Virus record (IMG/VR): IMGVR_UViG_3300040751_000264
Coordinates: 1,691-65,690 of that record
DNA: 64,000 bases
Source: a virus
Taxonomy: Duplodnaviria; Caudoviricetes
Strand: one strand, 5' to 3'
Shown: piece by piece, positions 8,203 through 16,527 of the stretch
Numbering within the stretch: position 1 is the first letter of the stretch
Layout of the letters: each line of letters starts with the position of its first letter
The notes under the pieces: model-generated
Seen by the model: the letters and a program-made list of their open reading frames with translations, nothing else
Databases searched by the model: none
What the model was told of the DNA's origin: nothing
Translations under genes and position numbers: made by a program

Positions 8203-9278
8203 TTTATATCTTCCTTATCACTATTATGACAGATACAATCACAAATTTCTTTTGCAAAGCAACGAGAGTGGTATCCTTCTCTGCAATAACCAGTCTTTGA
8301 TATTTCTACTAAATTAAAATCTTTGTCAAACTCAATCTCTTGAGTAACAAGTCCAAGATTTACTTTGTCAGATAAATCTTTTTCATAAAACTCTTCAAAG
8401 TTTATGCCAATCATCTCTTGATATTCAAGGTATTTTTGGTAGTCGCCTATGCCGAAAGTTCCCTGCTCCACTCCTAATAAAACATCTCTTTGCACACGTT
8501 GAGATCTCATCTCAATGTCTGTCCAGGATCTTCCAGCCATGTTGTCTTTCCATATTTTCGGACGCTCTTCTCTTTTATAGAAATGCCAACACACCATTTC
8601 GTTTGGTGCATAGATGTGCCAACCTCTTGTAAAGGCACGAATAGCAAAGCATAATTCCTCACCCATAAAGGATATTCTTTCATCATAAGGAATCTCTTCA
8701 ACAACCTTCCCTGGAGCAAATAACAGTCCTGCGAGAATTGTGTGGGAATAGTGTGGGGAAGACATGTCTTCAATCTTCTCACGGTTCCCTGCCCACACGC
8801 CTGTCCAAGTATTAACTACGGTTGTCCAAGATGGCTCGTCCCAAAAATCCTCATCTCCAAGGACGTAGTGGTCTGTTCCGTCTGTCAATGGCATGTATGG
8901 GGCAGGGAACTGGCTGAGAATAATCTTGTCTGTTCCTTGCTTTTCAACTGCTACATGATACATATCTATAAGTTTGGAATCCCATCCTTCAGCAAACCTC
9001 ATGTGGGAGTCTGTCTGAAAAAAGAAATCCTCGCCACGGTATTCTTCCACGGCGAGTTTTCTTGCATATCCTGCACCCTTTGCATCCTTAGCATGTACCT
9101 TTACTAAGATTAGTTGATCTTCTGGTATGAAGTCTAACTTTGGGTGATTGTTTCTAAGTTCCTGAGATATAACACAAATTGTTAGATCCTCTGGTCTGCT
9201 TGCATTCTCGTAAATGCTGCGAACAGTTTTCACTATTTCTTCATCACGATATGAAGCAATAGAAACAAATATGCTCAC
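8199..9278 (-). CDS. GT60/Gnt1-like (Skp1-hydroxyproline-type) GlcNAc transferase
   Basis: IFVSIASYRD, AKGAGYAR, FFQTDSHMRF..GWD..LI, AGLLFAPG, PYD...FMGEE...RAFTRGW..Y.P...WHFY are hallmark Gnt1/GT60 motifs. Confidence 0.85.
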   Translation of the reverse strand: MSIFVSIASYRDEEIVKTVRSIYENASRPEDLTICVISQELRNNHPKLDFIPEDQLILVKVHAKDAKGAGYARKLAVEEYRGEDFFFQTDSHMRFAEGWDSKLIDMYHVAVEKQGTDKIILSQFPAPYMPLTDGTDHYVLGDEDFWDEPSWTTVVNTWTGVWAGNREKIEDMSSPHYSHTILAGLLFAPGKVVEEIPYDERISFMGEELCFAIRAFTRGWHIYAPNEMVCWHFYKREERPKIWKDNMAGRSWTDIEMRSQRVQRDVLLGVEQGTFGIGDYQKYLEYQEMIGINFEEFYEKDLSDKVNLGLVTQEIEFDKDFNLVEISKTGYCREGYHSRCFAKEICDCICHNSDKEDIK

Positions 9279-9505
9279 TTAACAGGGTTCCTTTCAAGGA
9301 GCACTATTGCTCCATTTTGCTCAAGTGCCTTCTTTACCTTGATCATATATTCTACTGCTGCAATCTTTTGATCATGCTCTAGTTTGTAAAACTCAATCTC
9401 ATCTGCACGAACAGTAAGAAAGTCATCGTGATCAAAGATATCTACATGAAATCCCTTGGGAGGATTTAGAGATCTAACGGCCTTTGCCATCTCCATCGTA
9501 TACAT
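9275..9505 (-). CDS. Hypothetical protein
   Basis: ATG at 9505 with GGAGG RBS (MYTMEMAKAVRS...). Confidence 0.65.
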   Translation of the reverse strand: MYTMEMAKAVRSLNPPKGFHVDIFDHDDFLTVRADEIEFYKLEHDQKIAAVEYMIKVKKALEQNGAIVLLERNPVK

Positions 9506-9786
9506 TAGTTTACCTCCATTGTTAGGGACTCCCAAGTGTTTGACCAATCTTCTTTGGCCTTATGAGAGTTAAATTCCTTGTCTATTTTACCATCCTTCAA
9601 ATAGACACCTCCCCAAACTCCCCACTCTTTTCTAGAAACACCTGAGGCAAAACACTCCTGATTAACCTTGCATCTTGCACAGATGTTGTCTACAGACTTG
9701 GCAAGTTTTTGATCTTCTTCATACTTGTCAAAGAAGAGATTGGTATCCATTCCTAAGCATTCTGCATCATCCTTCCACCTGTGCAT
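9505..9786 (-). CDS. whiB: WhiB-family Fe-S transcription regulator
   Basis: W...A.C...LFF...ICARC.V..EC......EWGVWGG: four Cys plus the G(V/I)WGG turn. Confidence 0.9.
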   Translation of the reverse strand: MHRWKDDAECLGMDTNLFFDKYEEDQKLAKSVDNICARCKVNQECFASGVSRKEWGVWGGVYLKDGKIDKEFNSHKAKEDWSNTWESLTMEVN

Positions 9787-9997
9787 GGTTTCTCCCTATC
9801 TGGTTTGGAATGTGCCAGCCTTTTTCGGTGATAGGGAATACTCTCTTCTTATTCCACTGTCCGTCACGATACTCAGCATCCTTTGAATATACCGCGTTGT
9901 GGTTTGGGGTATGTCGAACTACATCCCAGCCATCCCACGATAGACTCTCATGGTTAGAAACAATTTCTTCCATGACTTCTAGGCTACTTACTAGCAT
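9767..9997 (-). CDS. Hypothetical protein
   Basis: ORF overlapping both neighbours; LSWDGWDVV motif. Confidence 0.65.
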   Translation of the reverse strand: MLVSSLEVMEEIVSNHESLSWDGWDVVRHTPNHNAVYSKDAEYRDGQWNKKRVFPITEKGWHIPNQIGRNHAQVEG

Positions 9998-10370
9998 GAT
10001 ATTCTCCTGCTTCTATTGTAAAAATAACTCGCTTTATTCCAGCCCGATCAATTAGATCACTACAGCGTGGACAAGGCTTGCTATTTCTATCATGACCATT
10101 CTTATTTACTCTTGCGACGTAAATAATTGCGCCTCGTACATTGTACTCTCCAGCCTCACGAATTGCAACCTGTTCTGCGTGGTATGAGCAATCACTTTTA
10201 ATGTGCTCTGGAGAAACAATGTTTGGGTTGTTTCTTGTTTTGTTCCATCCTGTGCCCACGACCCTGCCACTTTTTACTACAACAGCACCGTGAGTATTTT
10301 TTGAGCGAGACTTTGTTGCAAAATATCTTGCAACATTAAGATATGCTCTGTCTGTCTTTGAGAGTATCAT
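9984..10370 (-). CDS. Zn-dependent cytidine/dCMP deaminase-family protein
   Basis: HGAVVV, HAEQ, SKPCPRC. Confidence 0.85.
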   Translation of the reverse strand: MILSKTDRAYLNVARYFATKSRSKNTHGAVVVKSGRVVGTGWNKTRNNPNIVSPEHIKSDCSYHAEQVAIREAGEYNVRGAIIYVARVNKNGHDRNSKPCPRCSDLIDRAGIKRVIFTIEAGEYHASK

Positions 10371-10379
10371 GGCATCCCC

Positions 10380-10724
10380 CTAGTATCGGAAGATGCCTAC
10401 CTCTACTCCAGCCAACTCAGCAGACGACACAAGGCGCGACGGTCGCTGATTTGGCGTAGAGAGGAAGGCAAAGTAGTCAACGTTGTCCCAGTTTTCCTCA
10501 ATCTGTTGAGGCGGAACCCTGTAGTATCGTACCTTAATGTTGCGTCGTTTTAGTCCTTGCTCAGAAAGGTTACAGAATTCAGCGGTGTATGAGTTAATTG
10601 TTGCAGGACCAACAGAGAATACATTGAATTCTCCATCTGTTATTTCTGACAACGCGACTCCCATTGCACGCATAAATATCTGATAATCTGAGAACTCCTT
10701 GGTTCCCTGGACTACGACGTTCAT
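10380..10724 (-). CDS. Hypothetical protein, possibly YspA/SLOG-like
   Basis: N-terminal VVVQGTKEFSDY resembles the YspA G(S/T)RxF start. Confidence 0.5.
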   Translation of the reverse strand: MNVVVQGTKEFSDYQIFMRAMGVALSEITDGEFNVFSVGPATINSYTAEFCNLSEQGLKRRNIKVRYYRVPPQQIEENWDNVDYFAFLSTPNQRPSRLVSSAELAGVEVGIFRY

Positions 10725-10726
10725 TT

Positions 10727-11071
10727 TTATTCCTCTCCGTATGCTTCTAACTCATCTAGTATGATGAGAAGTTCGTTCAACTTTCTTTTTGATAAAGACA
10801 TTGTATCAATTGGTTGTGCAGTAGAAAAGTCTGGCTCTGATATTACTTCTGCCTCATAAAAGACATTGTTTTTTACCCAGTAAGCCTTGTCATCTACTAC
10901 TGCTACTCTGATCACTCCCATTGAATCTTCGTTGACCCAATCTGGAATTAGATCTTCATTATCCAGATCAAAGTGATCGTCAAAGTCTACACCATTTTTA
11001 TTTTGTATGTATATTATAAGCAAAAGCAGCAACACTGTCAATACCCATGGGACAACCACAAGTATATTCAT
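10727..11071 (-). CDS. N-terminally membrane-anchored hypothetical protein
   Basis: MNILVVVPWVLTVLLLLLIIYI hydrophobic helix; TAATG overlap supports a start at 11071. Confidence 0.65.
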   Translation of the reverse strand: MNILVVVPWVLTVLLLLLIIYIQNKNGVDFDDHFDLDNEDLIPDWVNEDSMGVIRVAVVDDKAYWVKNNVFYEAEVISEPDFSTAQPIDTMSLSKRKLNELLIILDELEAYGEE

Positions 11072-11274
11072 TAGCGATTCCATGGCATAAACTGCCCCAT
11101 CCAGGTACTTCTGGTGGGCCACTCTGCCTTATCTTTTTCGTCTGCCTCCGATGCATACAAGGCTGCTTGCTGTCTTTCTGCTGCTGCTCTTGTTGGATGC
11201 GTTCCAACAATTTTTCCATTGTCTCTCTGAACCACTGTGTATTGAGATCCACGTTGCTTAATATCCCAAGGCAT
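11071..11274 (-). CDS. Small conserved phage protein (MPW...GTHPT...AALYASE), possibly head-associated
   Basis: Recognisable short phage module; ends STWMGQFMPWNR. Confidence 0.7.
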   Translation of the reverse strand: MPWDIKQRGSQYTVVQRDNGKIVGTHPTRAAAERQQAALYASEADEKDKAEWPTRSTWMGQFMPWNR

Positions 11275-11316
11275 CAATCATCACATCCTTTATAAAATTA
11301 TACCTTACATATTTCG

Positions 11317-11391
11317 TAGGGCGGGTGGGATTTGAACCCACAATCTTCCGCTTATAAGACGTATGCATTAACCAGATTATGCTACCGCCCC
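11317..11391 (-). tRNA. trnI: tRNA-Ile (TAT)
   Basis: GGGGCGG/CCGCCCT acceptor, discriminator A, anticodon loop CTTATAA, T-arm GTGGG-TTCAAAT-CCCAC; anticodon stem has an A-G mismatch. Confidence 0.85.
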
Positions 11392-11397
11392 ATGCCA

Positions 11398-11574
11398 TCA
11401 ATAATTTATTAAAAGATAAATGTTCCAGGAGATGATGAGCACTGGCAAAATTACAAGGATTATATCTGATACGCGAACCTTTTGTTCATTAATCTTTGTC
11501 GATAGCAAGTATATTGCTGCCAAACTATTGATAGAGAATATAATCAATGTTGTAATTAAAAATGCTAATAGCAT
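11398..11574 (-). CDS. Small two-TM membrane protein (holin candidate), not in ORF track
   Basis: MLLAFLITTLIIFSINSLAAIYLL...IILVILPVLIISWNIYLLINY*; AAAGG RBS. Confidence 0.55.
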   Translation of the reverse strand: MLLAFLITTLIIFSINSLAAIYLLSTKINEQKVRVSDIILVILPVLIISWNIYLLINY

Positions 11575-11604
11575 GTCTATACCTTTCTGTTGTAGAAAAT
11601 TTTA

Positions 11605-13395
11605 TCAGAGCATACCTAGGCTGTCAAGGTAGCGAGCAACATCGTCTGGCATTTCAGGACGACGGCCTCTTTCATATTCTTCTATTTCATCTCTTTCATG
11701 CTTTCTGGAAATAGACTTCCAATCATGGATCTCAATCTCTTGATTAAGATTACGAGGGGTGTGAGCGATTGCATTGTATACCGCGCCTGTAACAGCGTCT
11801 GAGAGGTCTTTAGAACCCTTTCTAGGGTGGTCAACCTTCTTATCAGATACGATACGCAACTGGCTCATTTCCTCCAACAGAATGTCGTTGTGAGGCATCA
11901 GTACGCGATCTTCATAGACAAGCATGGCGAGATCTTCGTAATGCTTCTTGCCTACTGAAAGAGTATCAGTCTTAATTCCTACAGTCTTTAGTTCTTGTTG
12001 AATGTCGAATGACTGCCAGCGGTCAAAAGTGACAAGGCCAATCTGGAATCCTGACCTTCTAAAACTAACAATCCACTCCTTGACTTCTGATAGATCTACT
12101 GGGCCTTCCTTACGAGGTTCCCACCACACAATAGCATCAACAATGACGAATGGATGAATCTGAGTATAATCATTCCACGTTCTCACCTCTACCCACTTGT
12201 CCACATGAGCAATGGCAATCGCACATTTGTCATGCTTCTGAGCAAGGTCAGCGTGAAGATAGTATCTAATATTTTCATCTGGTTGCCACTTTGGTTCTAC
12301 CCTCTTAAAGTTATCAATTGGATTGTGAAGACACATAGCCTTTTCCAACTTATCCTTTTGCTTAAAGAATGCATCAGTAACAAAGGATGGCATACAGGCA
12401 AATCTTTGCATTGCATCTGCATAGTCTGTCATAAAGGCAATCTTAAAATCTTCAATGCTTCTTGTTGGGTTTGCCTCCCATGTCGGCCTCTTGACAGCGT
12501 ATACTCCAGGGTATTTATATGAAAGGATGTGGTCTTCTGTCCACTCAATATCAAATCTATTTTCTGGTGAATCCTCTGGCAAGTCAGGATTGATTGTAAA
12601 AGTATGCTTCTTTTCTTCTACTTCTTTTTCTGCTACCACTTCATCGTACCGCTTGGAGATAAAGTCTCCTGGGTAGCGAGGGAAGGAAAGCAAAACCACC
12701 TTTCCATAGTCTGGGAAACGTGAATCAACTGACGCACGGAATGCCTTATAGATAGCATCACCAGTTTTAGCGTTTTCGTTTCCACTTGTAGACTCTTGTG
12801 CAAAGCCAGAAATCTCGTCAAGGATTGCAAGCATTAGGTTCAAACCCTCATGGCTCTCGCGTTCTGAGTGACCAGAATAAACAGTAATTGTTTTATCAAA
12901 CTCTACACTATCTACCTTCGATTCAAACTTTCCTGCGAACCACGGGCTGCGTTGAATCTTTGTCTTAAAGTTCTTGAAGAACACATTCTTTGCCTGTTGT
13001 GCGTTAATGGCAATGTTGATAATGTCGATAGAGTCTCCTGGTGGCTTGCCAAAATATGCAGCAGGATCTTTTAGGCACATTAGTTTATATACTAGGTAGG
13101 CACAACCAATGGTTGATGTATGATCTTTTCCGCTGCCCTTTCCAAGTTGCAGAATGACCTCTGCCTTAGTGTATTTCTTGTAGTGTTCCTTGCCCTTCTC
13201 CTCACCCATAAGCCTAATTAAATCTTCCTCCCTGTAGATCTGACTCATAACTTCTACAAGATCTCTCTGAATCTGTGAAAGAGGTGGCTGCATGAGAAAG
13301 TTTTCGTCATGCAAAAAGGTGTCAAGATCTACTGGATCTTCCTCAAAGGGGTTGTCATCAAGGGCATCAAAGAAGTCGCTAAAATCAAGACTCAT
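11605..13395 (-). CDS. terL: Terminase large subunit
   Basis: Walker A LGKGSGKD, Walker B ILDEISG, LSFPR motif, nuclease HADLA...D and DHP..GSKDLSDAV. Confidence 0.92.
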   Translation of the reverse strand: MSLDFSDFFDALDDNPFEEDPVDLDTFLHDENFLMQPPLSQIQRDLVEVMSQIYREEDLIRLMGEEKGKEHYKKYTKAEVILQLGKGSGKDHTSTIGCAYLVYKLMCLKDPAAYFGKPPGDSIDIINIAINAQQAKNVFFKNFKTKIQRSPWFAGKFESKVDSVEFDKTITVYSGHSERESHEGLNLMLAILDEISGFAQESTSGNENAKTGDAIYKAFRASVDSRFPDYGKVVLLSFPRYPGDFISKRYDEVVAEKEVEEKKHTFTINPDLPEDSPENRFDIEWTEDHILSYKYPGVYAVKRPTWEANPTRSIEDFKIAFMTDYADAMQRFACMPSFVTDAFFKQKDKLEKAMCLHNPIDNFKRVEPKWQPDENIRYYLHADLAQKHDKCAIAIAHVDKWVEVRTWNDYTQIHPFVIVDAIVWWEPRKEGPVDLSEVKEWIVSFRRSGFQIGLVTFDRWQSFDIQQELKTVGIKTDTLSVGKKHYEDLAMLVYEDRVLMPHNDILLEEMSQLRIVSDKKVDHPRKGSKDLSDAVTGAVYNAIAHTPRNLNQEIEIHDWKSISRKHERDEIEEYERGRRPEMPDDVARYLDSLGML

Positions 13396-13909
13396 AGATT
13401 ACTACTGCCTCTCCTGCTGGCCCAGACACCTCTGACAATCTTGTTAAAATTTCATTCTTAATCTGTGGATGCTTTGTTGCAACATCTTTAAGAATGTTCA
13501 TGATAAGTTCTTGTTTTCTTTCTGTTTCTAGAAGTTGATCAGCAAGTTCTTTGTTTTCTAGAAGCCCTGCCTTTTGTAGCATATCTATTCTTCTTGATTC
13601 GATATCAAGAATTAGTTTTATTGCTGCATTCTTTGCAGAAAGATTTGATGTTGTCGTAGCCTCATCAACTACTTCATATGCTTGTTTAATAAGTCTAGAA
13701 TAATGTTGATCGGCAGCAGACAATGCCTCCCTAGCCCTTGACCTTACTGCCTCTGAATTGCTAGCCATGGTCTTCCACTCTTTCAACAAAGAGGAGACTC
13801 TGGCCTTGGGTATATCAAGTTCCCTAGAAATTTCTGTCTCGTTTAGCCCCTTGATGTATTCAGTTGCTACACGATTAACTTCTTCAATATGTGTCAAAAT
13901 ATCGTTCAT
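13385..13909 (-). CDS. HTH protein, probable terminase small subunit
   Basis: N-terminal HTH (ETEISRELDIPKARVSSLL), helical C-terminus, overlaps the start of terL. Confidence 0.6.
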   Translation of the reverse strand: MNDILTHIEEVNRVATEYIKGLNETEISRELDIPKARVSSLLKEWKTMASNSEAVRSRAREALSAADQHYSRLIKQAYEVVDEATTTSNLSAKNAAIKLILDIESRRIDMLQKAGLLENKELADQLLETERKQELIMNILKDVATKHPQIKNEILTRLSEVSGPAGEAVVIYES

Positions 13910-13924
13910 AGTGCTCCAATTATA

Positions 13925-13974
13925 GCAGCAGGGTAGGGTGTTGCCACCTAATGATTTGGTCCCTACCCTGCCGC
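13925..13974 (-). terminator. Hairpin terminator after the transglycosylase gene, abutting a TGCTATAAT promoter
   Basis: GCAGCAGGGTAGGG...CCCTACCCTGCCGC inverted repeat. Confidence 0.6.
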
Positions 13975-13977
13975 CTT

Positions 13978-14505
13978 TTAATAGCAGTTATGGCCTGGAT
14001 AATACCAATGCTTCTTACCACTACCATTTTGCCAAGCGGTATAGAAAGCACGATCTTGGTAATACCTTGACCATTTGTGAATTGGCTTATCGAACAAAGT
14101 CTTTATTTCAGCAGACAAGCCATCTTTTGTTTTCTTGGATTCCTTCAGCATCATCCAAACAAGCCCATCTCTCCATTGAGAGTCCAAGAATTGATAGGCT
14201 CCTCTTGCAGAGGATGATCTATTGGCAGCACGATAACTAAAGCGAGATTCACGCTGCATAATACACTTGCGAGAATTCTCCCATTTATTATCGTACCATT
14301 TACCGCGATACAAAGATGGCTCATAGCCCTTCATATCGTCAGCATCAGCAGAGCGAGCAGCCTTGTGCTCTTGACTGATGTATACGACCTTTCCCGTCGC
14401 AGTTGGTGCAGACTTAGCATACACCGCGTCAGAGGCAGTTGCAGGGGAAGTCATAGCGATTGCTAACACCATTCCTACAACACCTCCTATCAGTTTCGAT
14501 TTCAT
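13978..14505 (-). CDS. Secreted lysozyme-like transglycosylase (Rpf/SLT-like)
   Basis: Signal peptide (MKSK + hydrophobic + ATA), CIMQRES catalytic Glu, SSARGAYQFL..W, terminal HW...C. Confidence 0.8.
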   Translation of the reverse strand: MKSKLIGGVVGMVLAIAMTSPATASDAVYAKSAPTATGKVVYISQEHKAARSADADDMKGYEPSLYRGKWYDNKWENSRKCIMQRESRFSYRAANRSSSARGAYQFLDSQWRDGLVWMMLKESKKTKDGLSAEIKTLFDKPIHKWSRYYQDRAFYTAWQNGSGKKHWYYPGHNCY

Positions 14506-14534
14506 CTGTTTCCTCCTTGCGGCGGCAACACTTT

Positions 14535-14563
14535 AGCCTAACAGAATTTACATGTTTTGTCAA
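14535..14563 (-). promoter_or_regulatory. SigA promoter TTGACA-N17-TAGGCT
   Basis: Upstream of the transglycosylase gene, which has an AAGGAGG RBS. Confidence 0.75.
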
Positions 14564-14591
14564 TCTAATTTATACATGACGGTGATTTATG

Positions 14592-15311
14592 TCACACAAC
14601 ATTTTCTTTAATTTTATCTAAAACAAACTTATTCATTTTTGATTGCTTGAATCTTTTGTATCTTTTAAGCAAGGGAACTTTAGGCTCCCAAAATCCAGCG
14701 GAACTGCAAGACTTTGCTTGCTCTATCAGTTCGTTGGTCATTGAGAATCTTTTAAACACAACAGTCTTATCTGTAAAAAACTTTATATAGGCAATGGGTT
14801 CATCTTCTTCAAGACTGACCTCTGTAATACCAGGCCAAACATTAAACTCTATGTTGAATGGCCTAAACCAACTTCCAATATTAAATAATCCTGGTACAAC
14901 GGCTCCCCAAGATCTGTGTGGTGTTTGAGAAAAGTACGGACTGCTCACCATCATCTCAATCTCTTCCTCTGCGAAAAAGATAAGTGAATAATCATAACTA
15001 GCAAGCAACTGGTTTTCTAGACTAGGTGGACGATTTACAAACCAGCCGCCGCTCTTGCTTTCCATTTTACTAGAAACATTACCATCTTCTATAACAAAAG
15101 AGGCAGAAGTCTTTAATGGACTCTTCACTACAAAAAGATTTTTTGCAAGATCGGTTACTGCTGGACAACGCAAAAGGTTGTCGTCTGGATTACTCTTATT
15201 TTTATTAAGAGAAAGTTCGTGAATAAGACTTTTTGGCTCTTCATAGATCATTGACAGATCTAATTCTCCATTACGAACATTTGACCAGTAGACGTTGATC
15301 TTATTAGACAT
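14592..15311 (-). CDS. Hypothetical protein (CPAV-motif family)
   Basis: LLRCPAVTD...VVPG.FNIGSWFRP...EDEPIAYIKF. Confidence 0.7.
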   Translation of the reverse strand: MSNKINVYWSNVRNGELDLSMIYEEPKSLIHELSLNKNKSNPDDNLLRCPAVTDLAKNLFVVKSPLKTSASFVIEDGNVSSKMESKSGGWFVNRPPSLENQLLASYDYSLIFFAEEEIEMMVSSPYFSQTPHRSWGAVVPGLFNIGSWFRPFNIEFNVWPGITEVSLEEDEPIAYIKFFTDKTVVFKRFSMTNELIEQAKSCSSAGFWEPKVPLLKRYKRFKQSKMNKFVLDKIKENVV

Positions 15312-15597
15312 TCTTTGTGCGCCTTTTCCTCTTTTTAGGTAGGGGCTTTATACGATCTGGAGTAAAGGATCGATGACCGCACAGTTGTCCCTTTTCTAAC
15401 TCATAGCAATCAATCCACTCTTTTGACCCATCATCTGTTCGCTGAACATACTCTATAAACTTAAACTTTGTCCCCCAGATACCCTTGATCTTGATGATCT
15501 CTCCAGACTCAACCGTCCTTCCTTCGGGGGTAGTGAATGTCGGTTCACGATGATACAGATGACCAAGTGGACTAACTACCTTCTTCCTGCGACCCAT
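15304..15597 (-). CDS. Hypothetical basic protein
   Basis: MGRRKK start with GGAGG RBS. Confidence 0.65.
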   Translation of the reverse strand: MGRRKKVVSPLGHLYHREPTFTTPEGRTVESGEIIKIKGIWGTKFKFIEYVQRTDDGSKEWIDCYELEKGQLCGHRSFTPDRIKPLPKKRKRRTKNV

Positions 15598-15808
15598 AGT
15601 GGCCCTCCAGCCTTTTGATTTCGTCACTAATATAAAAGATCGCCTTCTTTAAATCTTCTATATGCTTGTCTTCGTTCTTTAGTCCTGCTCGCCACAGGTA
15701 TTTAATGGCGTTCCCTATATTATAGTTCCTATGGCGCACAATGTCAATACACTCTACCCCGCTAGGATCGCTTGTGTAGTGGCTTGGGTGGTTTACCATA
15801 TCGTTCAT
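15572..15808 (-). CDS. DUF3310 / SaV-like protein
   Basis: DMVNHPSHY...ECID...GNAIKYLWRAGLK...EDLKKA.FY. Confidence 0.9.
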   Translation of the reverse strand: MNDMVNHPSHYTSDPSGVECIDIVRHRNYNIGNAIKYLWRAGLKNEDKHIEDLKKAIFYISDEIKRLEGHYGSQEEGS

Positions 15809-15957
15809 TTCTTAATTCCAAACTTTTTCATCTGTCGGTAAATAATTTGCAAACTAACATTGCATTCCTTGGCAACCTCTTCTGGAGTCTTCTTGTCCAT
15901 ATGAAGACGCTTTCTTAGGTATGCCTCTGAATGATGCAGAGAACTTCCTCTAGGCAT
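15805..15957 (-). CDS. Small HTH DNA-binding protein (50 aa), not in ORF track
   Basis: KKTPEEVAKECNVSLQIIYRQMKKFGI; ATGA overlap with the next gene. Confidence 0.7.
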   Translation of the reverse strand: MPRGSSLHHSEAYLRKRLHMDKKTPEEVAKECNVSLQIIYRQMKKFGIKK

Positions 15958-15960
15958 ATT

Positions 15961-16527
15961 TTAGAACACCTTCTTCCAGTTGTCAATACAGTATGCTCCT
16001 ATTGCAATAGCATCTGCAACATCGTCATCATCAATATGTAATCCAAATCTATCATTAACAAACTTAATTGTTCTTTGCTTTCTAAACAATCTTTCCTGAG
16101 ACTTATACCAAGACTCTGACTTACCAGGAGTCCTTTGCCTAATCGTCTTTTTCTCTTCGTTTGTTAAACGCTTGTTGCCTGACCAGTTTTGCCATACCAT
16201 GGGTACTACGCTTGCCATATGGTCTACCCCCGTCAATGCGGCAGCAGAAACAATTGCGCCATGGCTCATTGCCAAGTTTGCGGCAGTCTTTGGAGAGTTC
16301 AGATAGATTGGTTGCTCAATAACAATATGATTTAAAGATTTAAACTTGTCAAAGAACGCCCGTGTTTTGTGTGCAGCATCAATAATCTTTTCATAAATAT
16401 CATTTCCCTGATACTTAATCTTTCCATATCTAATAAGTTTTTCATTCTCAAAATAAGCAAAGGCAAGGCTGTTTGTGCTTGCATCAATCGTGCAAAAAGA
16501 CTTTGGCTTATTATTCAAAACGCTCAT
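15961..16527 (-). CDS. ruvC: RuvC-like Holliday junction resolvase
   Basis: TIDASTNSLAFA, IVIEQP, DDDVADAIAIG. Confidence 0.8.
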   Translation of the reverse strand: MSVLNNKPKSFCTIDASTNSLAFAYFENEKLIRYGKIKYQGNDIYEKIIDAAHKTRAFFDKFKSLNHIVIEQPIYLNSPKTAANLAMSHGAIVSAAALTGVDHMASVVPMVWQNWSGNKRLTNEEKKTIRQRTPGKSESWYKSQERLFRKQRTIKFVNDRFGLHIDDDDVADAIAIGAYCIDNWKKVF

